In this document: piece after piece, positions 8,314 through 16,740 of the stretch
Numbering within the stretch: position 1 is the stretch's first letter
Layout: each line of letters begins with the position of its first letter
Origin: an uncultured virus (IMG/VR IMGVR_UViG_3300006674_000076)
Lineage: Duplodnaviria; Heunggongvirae; Uroviricota; Caudoviricetes
DNA: 20,000 bases
Reading direction: 5' to 3' (one strand)
IMG/VR virus record: IMGVR_UViG_3300006674_000076
Coordinates: 55,922 to 75,921 of that record
The notes under the pieces: model-generated
Told to the model about the DNA's origin: nothing
Databases searched by the model: none
Seen by the model: only the letters and a program-made list of their open reading frames with translations
Translations under genes and position numbers: made by a program

Positions 8314-8634
8314 ATGAGTGACAGTAAAATAAGGATTGAAAACGGAGTTAGGGTAGCAGATGTTTTTGTAGGCGACAAATCTTACGTTGTTAAAGCTAAA
8401 AAAGTTAAAGAGCTAAGAGAGATTATGCAAAAGATAACCAAAGATAAAAACTTGCAGACCGAAGGTGATGCCGTAGAAAACATTGACAAACTGGTTAAGA
8501 TGTGCAAGCTAATGTTCCCAGAGATTAACCCAGACGATATAGACAATGCATACATGTCACAGCTTGTGGAATTAACTAATCTGTGGCAAGAGCTAAATTT
8601 TTCAGAGCTGGAAATGGAGGGGAGCTCTACATAG
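8314..8634 (+). CDS. Tail assembly chaperone (lambda gpG-like)
   Basis: 106 aa between tube and tape measure genes, GGAGGTG RBS, slippery site near its 3' end. Confidence 0.8.
   Translation: MSDSKIRIENGVRVADVFVGDKSYVVKAKKVKELREIMQKITKDKNLQTEGDAVENIDKLVKMCKLMFPEINPDDIDNAYMSQLVELTNLWQELNFSELEMEGSST
8595..8601 (+). other. -1 programmed ribosomal frameshift heptamer A-AAT-TTT
   Basis: X-XXY-YYZ pattern in the correct phase (CTA AAT TTT). The -1 frame stays open to 9068. Confidence 0.8.
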
Positions 8635-9068
8635 TTAATCCAACAGCCATGTCACTATCCTTGGGACTTGCTATTGAAACTGATAACAAGGGAGACATGC
8701 TAAAAGTGTTCTTCCCTTCAACGTTCTTGATTGACATTTTGCAGTATCTAAACATAACTCCATTCCAGCTTGAAGAAATGTATATGAATGATTTACTGTT
8801 TTGGGCTAAACTCGTTGCTGAGAAGAAGAGAGAAGATATGCTAGAAGAATACCAGAATAAATGGGGAGTGCTTATATCTTCAGTGATAAATAGTGGATAC
8901 AATATTGTCAGGGCTTGGGGAGCGAAAATACGCACAAGCATATCTCCAGATGATATTTATCCGTTCATAAAAGACTTAAGGTTTAGCGAAGATGAGAGAA
9001 AGAAGCTTGAGCAAAGAACAGTGGAATCAGCCATGGAGCTCGGCATACCTGCTCCGAAGGTGAAGTAA
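8601..9068 (+). CDS. Frameshift extension of the tail chaperone (gpGT-like, fusion about 251 aa)
   Basis: The ORF overlaps the chaperone in the -1 frame, lacks a good RBS at 8583, and ends flush with the tape measure ATG. Confidence 0.75.
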   Translation, partial: FRAGNGGELYIVNPTAMSLSLGLAIETDNKGDMLKVFFPSTFLIDILQYLNITPFQLEEMYMNDLLFWAKLVAEKKREDMLEEYQNKWGVLISSVINSGYNIVRAWGAKIRTSISPDDIYPFIKDLRFSEDERKKLEQRTVESAMELGIPAPKVK

Positions 9069-11669
9069 ATGGCAGATGTAATGGGCAAAGGCAGTGGCGA
9101 ACAGTTTAACATTGAAGTAACTGTTAATGTAACGCAGGCAAAAACAGCTTTAGCTGGCATCAGTAAAAGCCTTGACAGTATTACTAAGAAGGTNGGCGCA
9201 TTAACAAGCAAAATAATTGATTTGCAGTCACGTATTACTGCTTTATATTCTCAGCCAATAAATACGCAGTTAATGTTAAATGTCAGCTTTGCCTCTGCCA
9301 ATGTTGATGAAGCGTCTTTAGATGCCGCAGTCCAAAACATCGTATCACGAATTAAAGCAAGGTTGCAGTTAGCTGGAGAACAAAACCAGTTCGCTTTGCC
9401 AGTAACTCTTACTTCTAAGGGTGGCAAAGGTGCTACGAGTGTAGACACCATCGTTGCAATGACGACTGCAATGCAACAGGCTGTAACAGAGCTAACCAAA
9501 AACATACAGAATACATCGGAAAGCATAAACAAGTTAGATGAAGGCTTATCTAAAGTAACAAAGAAAGCTACGCAGCTTAAGAGAGTATCTGGCGGTAGAG
9601 GACAAGGCGGTTTATTAGATAAGGTATTCTTGTCAAGAGGCGTAACGTATTCCACTGTTTATGAAACCATATTCGGACAGCTTGGTTACTTGGTTTGGGC
9701 TGTAAGAAACGTATCACTAACTGCATCTAATATTGGTAGAACAATAAAGTCGATGGTTATTGACACGGTTGGTGTTCAGCAAAACTTCATGCTAACACTA
9801 ACAGCCATTACTGGTTCTTTAGAAAAAGCAAACGAGCTTAAGAATACCATTTGGGAGATATCCAGAACTGTTGGCGTTGATATGGCATCTCTAATGCATA
9901 CGGCTCAGCAGGCGGCTGTTTACAATATTCCTTACCAAAGGATACAAGATATGCTACAAACCATACCTGTATTTGCACAAATGGTTGGCATTGTTAGTGG
10001 TGGTGGAGCTGCTGGAACTTCGGCTATAACAAGCAGAGCAATTATGGCTATAGGTCAGATGTATGCTAAAGGTAAGGTAGTAGCAGAAGAAAGAAGGCAG
10101 CTTGCTAACATCGGCATTAACATCGTAGAACTCATAGCACAGGGAATGGGCAAACCACCAGCAGAAGTAGAAGATATGATGAGAAAAGGGCTTCTAACAA
10201 ACGTAGATGAAGTTGTAGGAATGATTATGAAAGAGCTTGGTAAGAAAACAGATGCCATCGTTAAATACATAGGAACTACCACTACTGGTGCACTTAATAT
10301 AGCCATTTCTTCGTTAAACCAGATATGGACAGCAGTCGCTGGAACAATAGCTAAAGTGCTAATGCCAGTGCTGTTAACCGTTTCTTCGGTTCTTCAAAGA
10401 ATAGCAGCTCAAGTTACTGAAACTGGTAATCTATTTTTAGCGATAAAAAATAACGTAAGCAGCTGGCTGTATAACATGATAGTAACTACATACGCTTGGC
10501 TTGTTAATATATATAATATTATCGCCAACATATTCAAAGTGGTTATAAATATACTATTTGGGACAAGTAACATATTGAGACCGATATTGATGACTGTTAT
10601 GGCTGGAACTCTGATATTTTGGATTACATCTTCAGTCCTAAAACTGATGAAACCGATGATTGGGTTCTTAATGACCATTTGGAAGCTGTCATTCTATATC
10701 AAAGAAAACTTCAAGAAGTGGATTGGTTGGATTAGTGGTGCAGCCAAGGGATTGGTTGGAGTAATAACTGGAGCTACAAGTTTAAGTGCTGTATTATCTG
10801 GAATAATGGCTAAATCCACCGTTATTGCCAATATGCTAACGCTTGGTATAGCTACTGCCATATTTGCTCTTTCACTTTATTTGGTTAACGTTGTAGATAG
10901 AACCTTAAATCGCAAGATTAACCAATCGCTTGATAAATTGGAACAACAAACAAAGAAAGCATCTGACACTACAAAAGATGCTTTTACTCAGCCAGCACAA
11001 GATACAGCCAAGATGAAGGACAACATGTCCAGCGTTGCAGATAGCACAAAAGAAATTAAGGATAACCTACAAAGCTTTGACGTAATACATGCTATAGAAC
11101 AACAAGCAGAGATGGTGGCGAACATCCCAGAAGTTCCAGAAACAATTATTGATATTGAGATGCAAGACTACTCTAAATTCTTAGACAATTTGGTAAAAGA
11201 AGCCACCAATATTGATACAAGTATTACATCGGCTGTTATTCCTAAGCTTGAAGATATGTCTATAAAGTTTGGAGATATTTGGGAAACAGTTAAAGGAGAC
11301 CTGGGAACCATATTCGATACTGTACTAAAAGGATTAGGCGATGCGTTTAAGTTTTTAATAGATGGGTTCACCAATCTTTGGAATGATATCAAACTTATGC
11401 TTGGCATAGGAAAAGACAAAGGACCTACAAGATTTATGATTCCGTATGAAGCATCTGCTGGATGGACACAGCAGTTAACAAAAAGTAGTATACCTCCACT
11501 TGTTCAAGTAGAGCCAAAGTTCACGCCAGCACCATCGTGGTATAAGCCAGGTGTAACAGGTGTAACAGAGCCTAAAATAGTGCTCGAGATAAAAGAAAGC
11601 AAGAATGAATACCCAGAGTTCATAACGAGAGAAATACTTATAAATGGTAATAGGGTTCAAATTCCCTAA
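9069..11669 (+). CDS. Tape measure protein (866 aa)
   Basis: Longest ORF, following the chaperones. Tape-measure motif AIGQMYAKGKVVAEERRQL, hydrophobic central segments, Trp/Phe-spaced helical repeats. Confidence 0.92.
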   Translation: MADVMGKGSGEQFNIEVTVNVTQAKTALAGISKSLDSITKKXGALTSKIIDLQSRITALYSQPINTQLMLNVSFASANVDEASLDAAVQNIVSRIKARLQLAGEQNQFALPVTLTSKGGKGATSVDTIVAMTTAMQQAVTELTKNIQNTSESINKLDEGLSKVTKKATQLKRVSGGRGQGGLLDKVFLSRGVTYSTVYETIFGQLGYLVWAVRNVSLTASNIGRTIKSMVIDTVGVQQNFMLTLTAITGSLEKANELKNTIWEISRTVGVDMASLMHTAQQAAVYNIPYQRIQDMLQTIPVFAQMVGIVSGGGAAGTSAITSRAIMAIGQMYAKGKVVAEERRQLANIGINIVELIAQGMGKPPAEVEDMMRKGLLTNVDEVVGMIMKELGKKTDAIVKYIGTTTTGALNIAISSLNQIWTAVAGTIAKVLMPVLLTVSSVLQRIAAQVTETGNLFLAIKNNVSSWLYNMIVTTYAWLVNIYNIIANIFKVVINILFGTSNILRPILMTVMAGTLIFWITSSVLKLMKPMIGFLMTIWKLSFYIKENFKKWIGWISGAAKGLVGVITGATSLSAVLSGIMAKSTVIANMLTLGIATAIFALSLYLVNVVDRTLNRKINQSLDKLEQQTKKASDTTKDAFTQPAQDTAKMKDNMSSVADSTKEIKDNLQSFDVIHAIEQQAEMVANIPEVPETIIDIEMQDYSKFLDNLVKEATNIDTSITSAVIPKLEDMSIKFGDIWETVKGDLGTIFDTVLKGLGDAFKFLIDGFTNLWNDIKLMLGIGKDKGPTRFMIPYEASAGWTQQLTKSSIPPLVQVEPKFTPAPSWYKPGVTGVTEPKIVLEIKESKNEYPEFITREILINGNRVQIP

Positions 11670-11683
11670 TAAGGTGATACAGA

Positions 11684-12082
11684 ATGCCAGAAAATAGAGT
11701 TATGTTAGAAATAGATGGGGCAAAGATGCCCACTCCAACGGAGATTAAATACGGCGAATATGTGTTGTCAAAAGCCGAGAGAAATCTACTAGGGAACATG
11801 GCATTCGCTTACATAAACAAGAAGATAAGGATTGATGTAAGATATGCAGCTTTAAGAGAAGATGAATTAAAAAATCTGAAATTACACCTATATTACACTA
11901 ATGCTGGAGGTAAGGGTATACATCAAGTAACAGTTAGATTTCCTTCTATGGCTGGACCAAATGACAAAAGCGTTGTAACATCGTTTAGAGCTTATGTCGG
12001 AGACTTAGAATACTCTACGCTAATACTTAAGCCAGACGGCATGTGGTATCAAGACGTTACATTCCAGTTGGTGCAATTATGA
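11684..12082 (+). CDS. Probable distal tail (Dit-like) protein
   Basis: 132 aa after the tape measure gene. IDGAKMPTP, AERNLLGNM, AYVGD and WYQDVTFQLVQL segments. Confidence 0.7.
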   Translation: MPENRVMLEIDGAKMPTPTEIKYGEYVLSKAERNLLGNMAFAYINKKIRIDVRYAALREDELKNLKLHLYYTNAGGKGIHQVTVRFPSMAGPNDKSVVTSFRAYVGDLEYSTLILKPDGMWYQDVTFQLVQL

Positions 12083-13455
12083 TAGCGATAACAGACTTTT
12101 ACGGTAGACTTTATGGCTCTGGCATATCTGAGACATTAGATGCTGATGACATCTTAGAAGCACAGTTCATGCAGAACATGTTTTGGGAAGGTAGAACTGT
12201 TGTTAAAGGCACTGGATATATCAAAATACTGGACTACGAAGAGAAATACAACATAGTTAATCCAAAGTCCAGCTTTGCCACATTAAAAAGCTACGAAGAT
12301 GTTAAGCTTGATGGCTATTTCATACTAAAAGACGAAAACGACAACACAAAGAGAATTGATTTTGATAGATGGTTTCTTAAAGAAATAGAGTTCTCTAAAG
12401 CTAATAAGGTGGCTACGCTACATTTTGAAGATGTTCTCGGTAAGTTTGATAGAATGACTTATGAGGGTTATGGATTAGTGAAGCCAGTCACAGTAAGTGG
12501 CTATTATTGGAGAATATTAAATGGTAATCCATATAAGGCATTTCCACAAATGGTTAGAAAACCATTCCTGTTTGAGGGCACGGAAGAAAATGCAGGCGGC
12601 TTGTGGTGTGCATTAAAGCAAGGAACGTATTTTAGCATTCTATCAAGCTTATCTCAATCTGTTGGAGCTGTGCTGTGGGCTAATCTTAAAGGAGAAATAA
12701 TGGCTGATTGGGTAACATTAGAAAATTTGTATATGTCAGGAGATTACATATTCCCTAATCAGCAGGTTGATGTTAACAGTGTGACAGATGTTAGAGCAGT
12801 TGTAATAGGTGGTTTAGGTATTCCTTCTTTGGCTGTAAAGCACGACTTTGACAACGGAGAAAAAGTAACCATCAGGCTTAAAGGCAGAACTCCAAGGTTT
12901 ACACAGCAACAGTTGTATAAGACAATGGAAGTAATGGTGCCAGTAGATAACAAACTGTTTATCAAAGAATATAGACCTGATAAATACAATCCTACTGGCT
13001 ACATGTTCTTAGACGTAGATGAAACTGGAGTAGCATCGTGTTATTATGGTGGAGGTGCTGTGTTTTACTACATTATTCCAACACAGGTAAACAGCTTAAT
13101 GATGTATAGTGGAACTGTAGAAGGAATAATTCCAATTACTGAAGAAGTGCCATTGAACCAGTATATAGATGAAGTTAGCACTGTAGACCCTACTTTGACT
13201 TTAGACTTTCCGATTTTGCAGAACAAAGATTTAATTGAGGCAACGTATTTAAGATACAAGAACAGTCCATTCAGAAAGAAACATATTGAGATATCTGTAA
13301 TACCAAGCAGATTAGATGAAATAGCTCCTTATCCCTGCAAGTTTAAGGTAATGAACGAAGATAACTCTGTGGCGTATGATACAATATTACATGGCATTAG
13401 ACACAATTTCAAAGAAGGCGGATACTCGTATGATGCATTTTGCGTGCTGGTGTGA
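12079..13455 (+). CDS. Probable baseplate hub / Tal-like tail protein
   Basis: ATGA-coupled start at 12079 (MIAITDF...), about 458 aa, position after Dit. Function is from synteny only. Confidence 0.6.
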   Translation: MIAITDFYGRLYGSGISETLDADDILEAQFMQNMFWEGRTVVKGTGYIKILDYEEKYNIVNPKSSFATLKSYEDVKLDGYFILKDENDNTKRIDFDRWFLKEIEFSKANKVATLHFEDVLGKFDRMTYEGYGLVKPVTVSGYYWRILNGNPYKAFPQMVRKPFLFEGTEENAGGLWCALKQGTYFSILSSLSQSVGAVLWANLKGEIMADWVTLENLYMSGDYIFPNQQVDVNSVTDVRAVVIGGLGIPSLAVKHDFDNGEKVTIRLKGRTPRFTQQQLYKTMEVMVPVDNKLFIKEYRPDKYNPTGYMFLDVDETGVASCYYGGGAVFYYIIPTQVNSLMMYSGTVEGIIPITEEVPLNQYIDEVSTVDPTLTLDFPILQNKDLIEATYLRYKNSPFRKKHIEISVIPSRLDEIAPYPCKFKVMNEDNSVAYDTILHGIRHNFKEGGYSYDAFCVLV

Positions 13456-13775
13456 TGAGTATGAGATATGAAGATAGACCGCAGTCAGAGGTAAAAGTTT
13501 TAGGAAATAACACTTTTCAATCAAAAGATGTTATTATCGGAACAGGTAGAATAATTAGAAGAGACCAATACGCTTTGGGTAAATTTAGAGTTGTAGAGTT
13601 TTACGATAACTCTGGCAAGCTTACAATGAAGAGCGAACTTGTAGGAGAACCGCCACAATACGAATACAGGATTGAAACATATTATGACGCTAATGGTCAA
13701 GTAGTGTATACGGTGCAGTATGCAAGAACATACGATGAGTATAGTAATTTGTTGTCGGAGCAAGTAATAAGATGA
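13455..13775 (+). CDS. Hypothetical tail-region protein (106 aa)
   Basis: TGATG-coupled start. Contains three YD-like turns (FYDNSG, YYDANG, TYDEYS). Confidence 0.65.
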   Translation: MSMRYEDRPQSEVKVLGNNTFQSKDVIIGTGRIIRRDQYALGKFRVVEFYDNSGKLTMKSELVGEPPQYEYRIETYYDANGQVVYTVQYARTYDEYSNLLSEQVIR

Positions 13776-14008
13776 GCAATATCTTTGACTACGTTTTATT
13801 TTGGCATGGAGATTTAAGTTCCATATTAATGGTTGGGTCTGTTCCTATCCAAGCGAATATTAAACAGAGAATTTCAATAGAGGCTATAGCACCTAATACA
13901 TCTCGTAAAGTTACAGTGCAAAGTCCAACATTAAGTTCTATACAGCAAGGCGTTAGCATTCCAGACGCAGTTTGTGAAGAAACATCTGTAAGTGTATCTC
14001 TGAGTTAG
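13772..14008 (+). CDS. Hypothetical tail-region protein (78 aa)
   Basis: ATGA-coupled to the previous gene and ends just before the GGAGG RBS of the next gene. Confidence 0.6.
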   Translation: MSNIFDYVLFWHGDLSSILMVGSVPIQANIKQRISIEAIAPNTSRKVTVQSPTLSSIQQGVSIPDAVCEETSVSVSLS

Positions 14009-14019
14009 GAGGAGATGGT

Positions 14020-15288
14020 ATGATAGTAAGAGATTATGTAAGAAATTACATGACAAACCAAGAGATAGTAAAAATAAAAGAAAAAGATGGAGACGTCAAA
14101 GGAATAGCTACTGTTCAGCTGTTTGATGCAAAAACAGGTGCTTTAGAGTTAGAAGCGAAAACGCACAATATTATATATCAGGCTGTTTATGATTGGCTAA
14201 AAAGTTATCAATGGGATAAGTTTTGTGCTGGAGCTTTTAATAAAACCAATACTTATCAAGGCTATTTTAATATGGACAATATTTATTTAACAGCATCAAC
14301 ACTTCCAGAAAACACTCCATATAACCTATTTAATTATGATGGTCCTACAATCGGCTGGGCTAATAAAGCCACGTATTCTGGTAGTGACACACAAAGAGGA
14401 ACTCCGAACTCTGCGGAAACGTATGCTAACGATGAGAAAATTCACTGGGTATTTGACTGGCCCACACATGCGGCTAACGGAACGTTTCAAACGATAATAT
14501 GGAGCAATACGATTGCTTTGACAGGAATATATGAAGGACCAATCAACGTTGGCATCAGTACTGGCTACTACGCTGGTTTTGGTCTTACGTACGATGGTTC
14601 CTATTTGTATGCCTTGAGTNNGGATGGAAANTTATATAAATTAACAACAAGTGGANCATTGATAAATGGACCAATCAACGTTGGCATTGATACTGGCACT
14701 GGCTCCTCTGGTTTTGGTCTTACGTACGATGGTTCCTATTTGTATGCCTTGAGTTATGATGGAAATTTATATAAATTAACAACAAGTGGANCATTGATAA
14801 NTGGACCAATCAACGTTGGCATTAATACTGGCACTAAATACTCTGGTTTTGGTCTTACGTACGATGGTTCCTATTTGTATGCCTTGAGTTATGATGGAAA
14901 TTTATATAAATTAACAACAAGTGGAGCATTGATAAATGGACCAATCAACGTTGGCATTAATACTGGCGCTTACGACTCTGGTTTTGGTCTTACGTACGAT
15001 GGTTCCTATTTGTATGCCTTGAGTTATAATGGAAATTTATATAAATTAACAACAAGTGGAGCATTGATAAATGGACCAATCAACGTTGGCATTAATACTG
15101 GCACTTACTACTCTGGTTTTGGTCTTGCATGTGATGGTTCGTATTTGTATGCTCTGAGTTGGGATGGGAGGCTATACAAAAATATAAATGCTTATGCTTC
15201 ATATTTCGCTCGCACTTTATTGCCATCTCCGATAACTAAAACTAATCAAAACACAATGAAAGTGATATATGAGTTTATTAGAAGCTAA
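14020..15288 (+). CDS. Baseplate/tail-tip protein with an inserted 5-repeat beta-propeller; candidate receptor-binding protein 1
   Basis: Non-repetitive N-terminus ending WVFDWPTHAANGTFQTIIW and C-terminus FARTLLPSPITKTNQNTMKVIYEF flank five 44-45 aa repeats GPINVGI...GFGLTYDGSYLYALSxDGNLYKLTTSG. Confidence 0.75.
   Translation: MIVRDYVRNYMTNQEIVKIKEKDGDVKGIATVQLFDAKTGALELEAKTHNIIYQAVYDWLKSYQWDKFCAGAFNKTNTYQGYFNMDNIYLTASTLPENTPYNLFNYDGPTIGWANKATYSGSDTQRGTPNSAETYANDEKIHWVFDWPTHAANGTFQTIIWSNTIALTGIYEGPINVGISTGYYAGFGLTYDGSYLYALSXDGXLYKLTTSGXLINGPINVGIDTGTGSSGFGLTYDGSYLYALSYDGNLYKLTTSGXLIXGPINVGINTGTKYSGFGLTYDGSYLYALSYDGNLYKLTTSGALINGPINVGINTGAYDSGFGLTYDGSYLYALSYNGNLYKLTTSGALINGPINVGINTGTYYSGFGLACDGSYLYALSWDGRLYKNINAYASYFARTLLPSPITKTNQNTMKVIYEFIRS
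14536..15180 (+). repeat. Intragenic tandem repeat, 5 units of 132-135 bp (last unit truncated)
   Basis: Units start at 14536, 14668, 14803, 14938 and 15073. Units 1-4 are nearly identical outside two loops. Unit 5 diverges at its 3' end. Confidence 0.97.
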
Positions 15289-15337
15289 AATCATATGTTA
15301 AAATTATAATTATNATAAATAGCAAAGAGGTGGTGGA

Positions 15338-15652
15338 ATGGACTTTTACATAAAACAAGGAGACACGCTACCGATATTTGCAGTTCAGCTGTTAGATGAT
15401 AATGGCACTCCGATTGACTTAACTTCTTGCACGGTTCAACTTTGGGTAGAAGGCATGGAACCTAATCCTAAGAATATGACAGTTTGCGATAATGCCGTTG
15501 TTACTTATCAATTTTCTAAAGAAGAAACTAAAAACTTTGGAACTTATTTAGCAGAAATTAGAATCATTTATAATAATGGTGATATAATAACACTACCAAC
15601 AATAGGCAGTATAAAAATACACGTGTATTACACGGTAAGTGAGGTGATATAA
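15338..15652 (+). CDS. BppU N-terminal-domain-like baseplate protein
   Basis: IKQGDTLP...LLDDNGTPIDLT...GTYLAEIRI...ITLPT pattern. Confidence 0.75.
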   Translation: MDFYIKQGDTLPIFAVQLLDDNGTPIDLTSCTVQLWVEGMEPNPKNMTVCDNAVVTYQFSKEETKNFGTYLAEIRIIYNNGDIITLPTIGSIKIHVYYTVSEVI

Positions 15653-15654
15653 TA

Positions 15655-16053
15655 ATGCCAACACAATATGCGTTAACCGATTATGCAGAAAGAAAGGCTT
15701 TAGACGCTGTATTCAATGATAGCGCAAGAACATACACAGTAGCTTTATTTACAATTACTCCTACAGAGACTACGGCAGGAACCGAAGTATCTACTGACAA
15801 CACTGGTTATGCTAGACAGACAATCAGTTTTACGGCTGCAACTACAACTTCTAACACGACTAAGGTGTCTAACGATGCCACAATTACATTTGGACCTGCA
15901 ACAGCAAGTTGGGGAACTGTAACTGGTGCTGCGGTTTTCGATGACCTTGAAAATATGTTAGTATTCGGCAATTTTGAAGGCGGACCAGTTACAGTATCCA
16001 CTGGTAACAAAGTGGAAATCGCTGTCGGCGCTCTAACTATTACATTAGACTAA
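15655..16053 (+). CDS. Conserved small virion tail/fibre-associated protein
   Basis: VALFT...GTEVS...GYARQTISF...SNDATITFGPATASWGTVT pattern seen in many phage tail modules. Confidence 0.7.
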   Translation: MPTQYALTDYAERKALDAVFNDSARTYTVALFTITPTETTAGTEVSTDNTGYARQTISFTAATTTSNTTKVSNDATITFGPATASWGTVTGAAVFDDLENMLVFGNFEGGPVTVSTGNKVEIAVGALTITLD

Positions 16054-16059
16054 TTGTAG

Positions 16060-16089
16060 TGGGGGCGCCTTGTGTGCCCCCATATATTA
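16060..16089 (+). terminator. Possible intrinsic terminator or hairpin
   Basis: TGGGGGCGC-CTTGT-GTGCCCCCA stem (one G-U pair) followed by an AT-rich, imperfect U-tract. Confidence 0.45.
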
Positions 16090-16104
16090 AGAGGTGCATG
16101 AAAT

Positions 16105-16740
16105 ATGCCGAGACTTAAAAGTTCTAATTTCGCAGTAACAGAATTGGCTGTCGACATAGACAGCACTGCTACAAGTTTTACAGTAGAAGATGCTTCCGCT
16201 TTTCCAGATACAGGACCCTTCATGATATTGGTTCACGATAACACTGGCTTAAGCGGTGTTAAAGAAATAATGGAAGTAGGAAGCATAGATAAAACCACAA
16301 AGACGTTTAGTAATGTGATACGAGGCAGAGAAGGAACTACTGCAGTTTCGCACAGTGCAGGTTCTGGCGTAGAATGTGTATGGACTGCTGGAACACATCA
16401 AGAATTAGCTGATGCTTCTGAACTAAGTACCCACGCTTCAACGACTGCAAGCATAAGCACTTTGGGACACGTAAAACACGCAGTTCTTACGGCAACGCTA
16501 GATACAACGTGGTCAGGAAGTGCCGCCCCTTATTCCCAAACTATAACGGTTAACGGGATTACATCAACGGATACTCCTATCATAGATGTGGTAATGAGTG
16601 GAACGTATGGCACTGATATTGAGAGAAGTTCCCAATGGAATTATGTTTATCGTGCTGTTACAAGTGATGGTTCTATAACGTTTTATGCAAAAACAAAGCC
16701 CACGATTGATTTACCAATACAAATAAAGGTGGTGAGATAA
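16105..16740 (+). CDS. Tail fibre / RBP-adaptor protein (211 aa)
   Basis: N-terminal ...VIRGREGTTAVSHSAG domain, fibre-repeat-like HASTTASISTLGHVK, and C-terminal WSGSAAPYSQTITVNGIT...ITFYAKTKPTIDL domain. Coupled (TAATG) to the next gene. Confidence 0.7.
   Translation: MPRLKSSNFAVTELAVDIDSTATSFTVEDASAFPDTGPFMILVHDNTGLSGVKEIMEVGSIDKTTKTFSNVIRGREGTTAVSHSAGSGVECVWTAGTHQELADASELSTHASTTASISTLGHVKHAVLTATLDTTWSGSAAPYSQTITVNGITSTDTPIIDVVMSGTYGTDIERSSQWNYVYRAVTSDGSITFYAKTKPTIDLPIQIKVVR

Noticed and set aside
438..13763. Other short minus-strand ORFs and nested ORF 438-704
   Set aside because: They lie within or opposite well-supported + strand genes and have no recognisable motifs.
13455..13775. 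RHS/YD-repeat toxin
   Set aside because: Only 106 aa with three YD-like turns, and no RHS core or toxin domain.
15289..15337. TATAAT at 15305-15310 as a promoter
   Set aside because: The spacer is very AT-rich, with no -35 or extended -10 TG, so it may be chance.
7498..16740. Contractile tail (myovirus or PBSX-like tailocin)
   Set aside because: No sheath or baseplate J-like gene is recognisable and a full head module is present. XkdX alone is not diagnostic.
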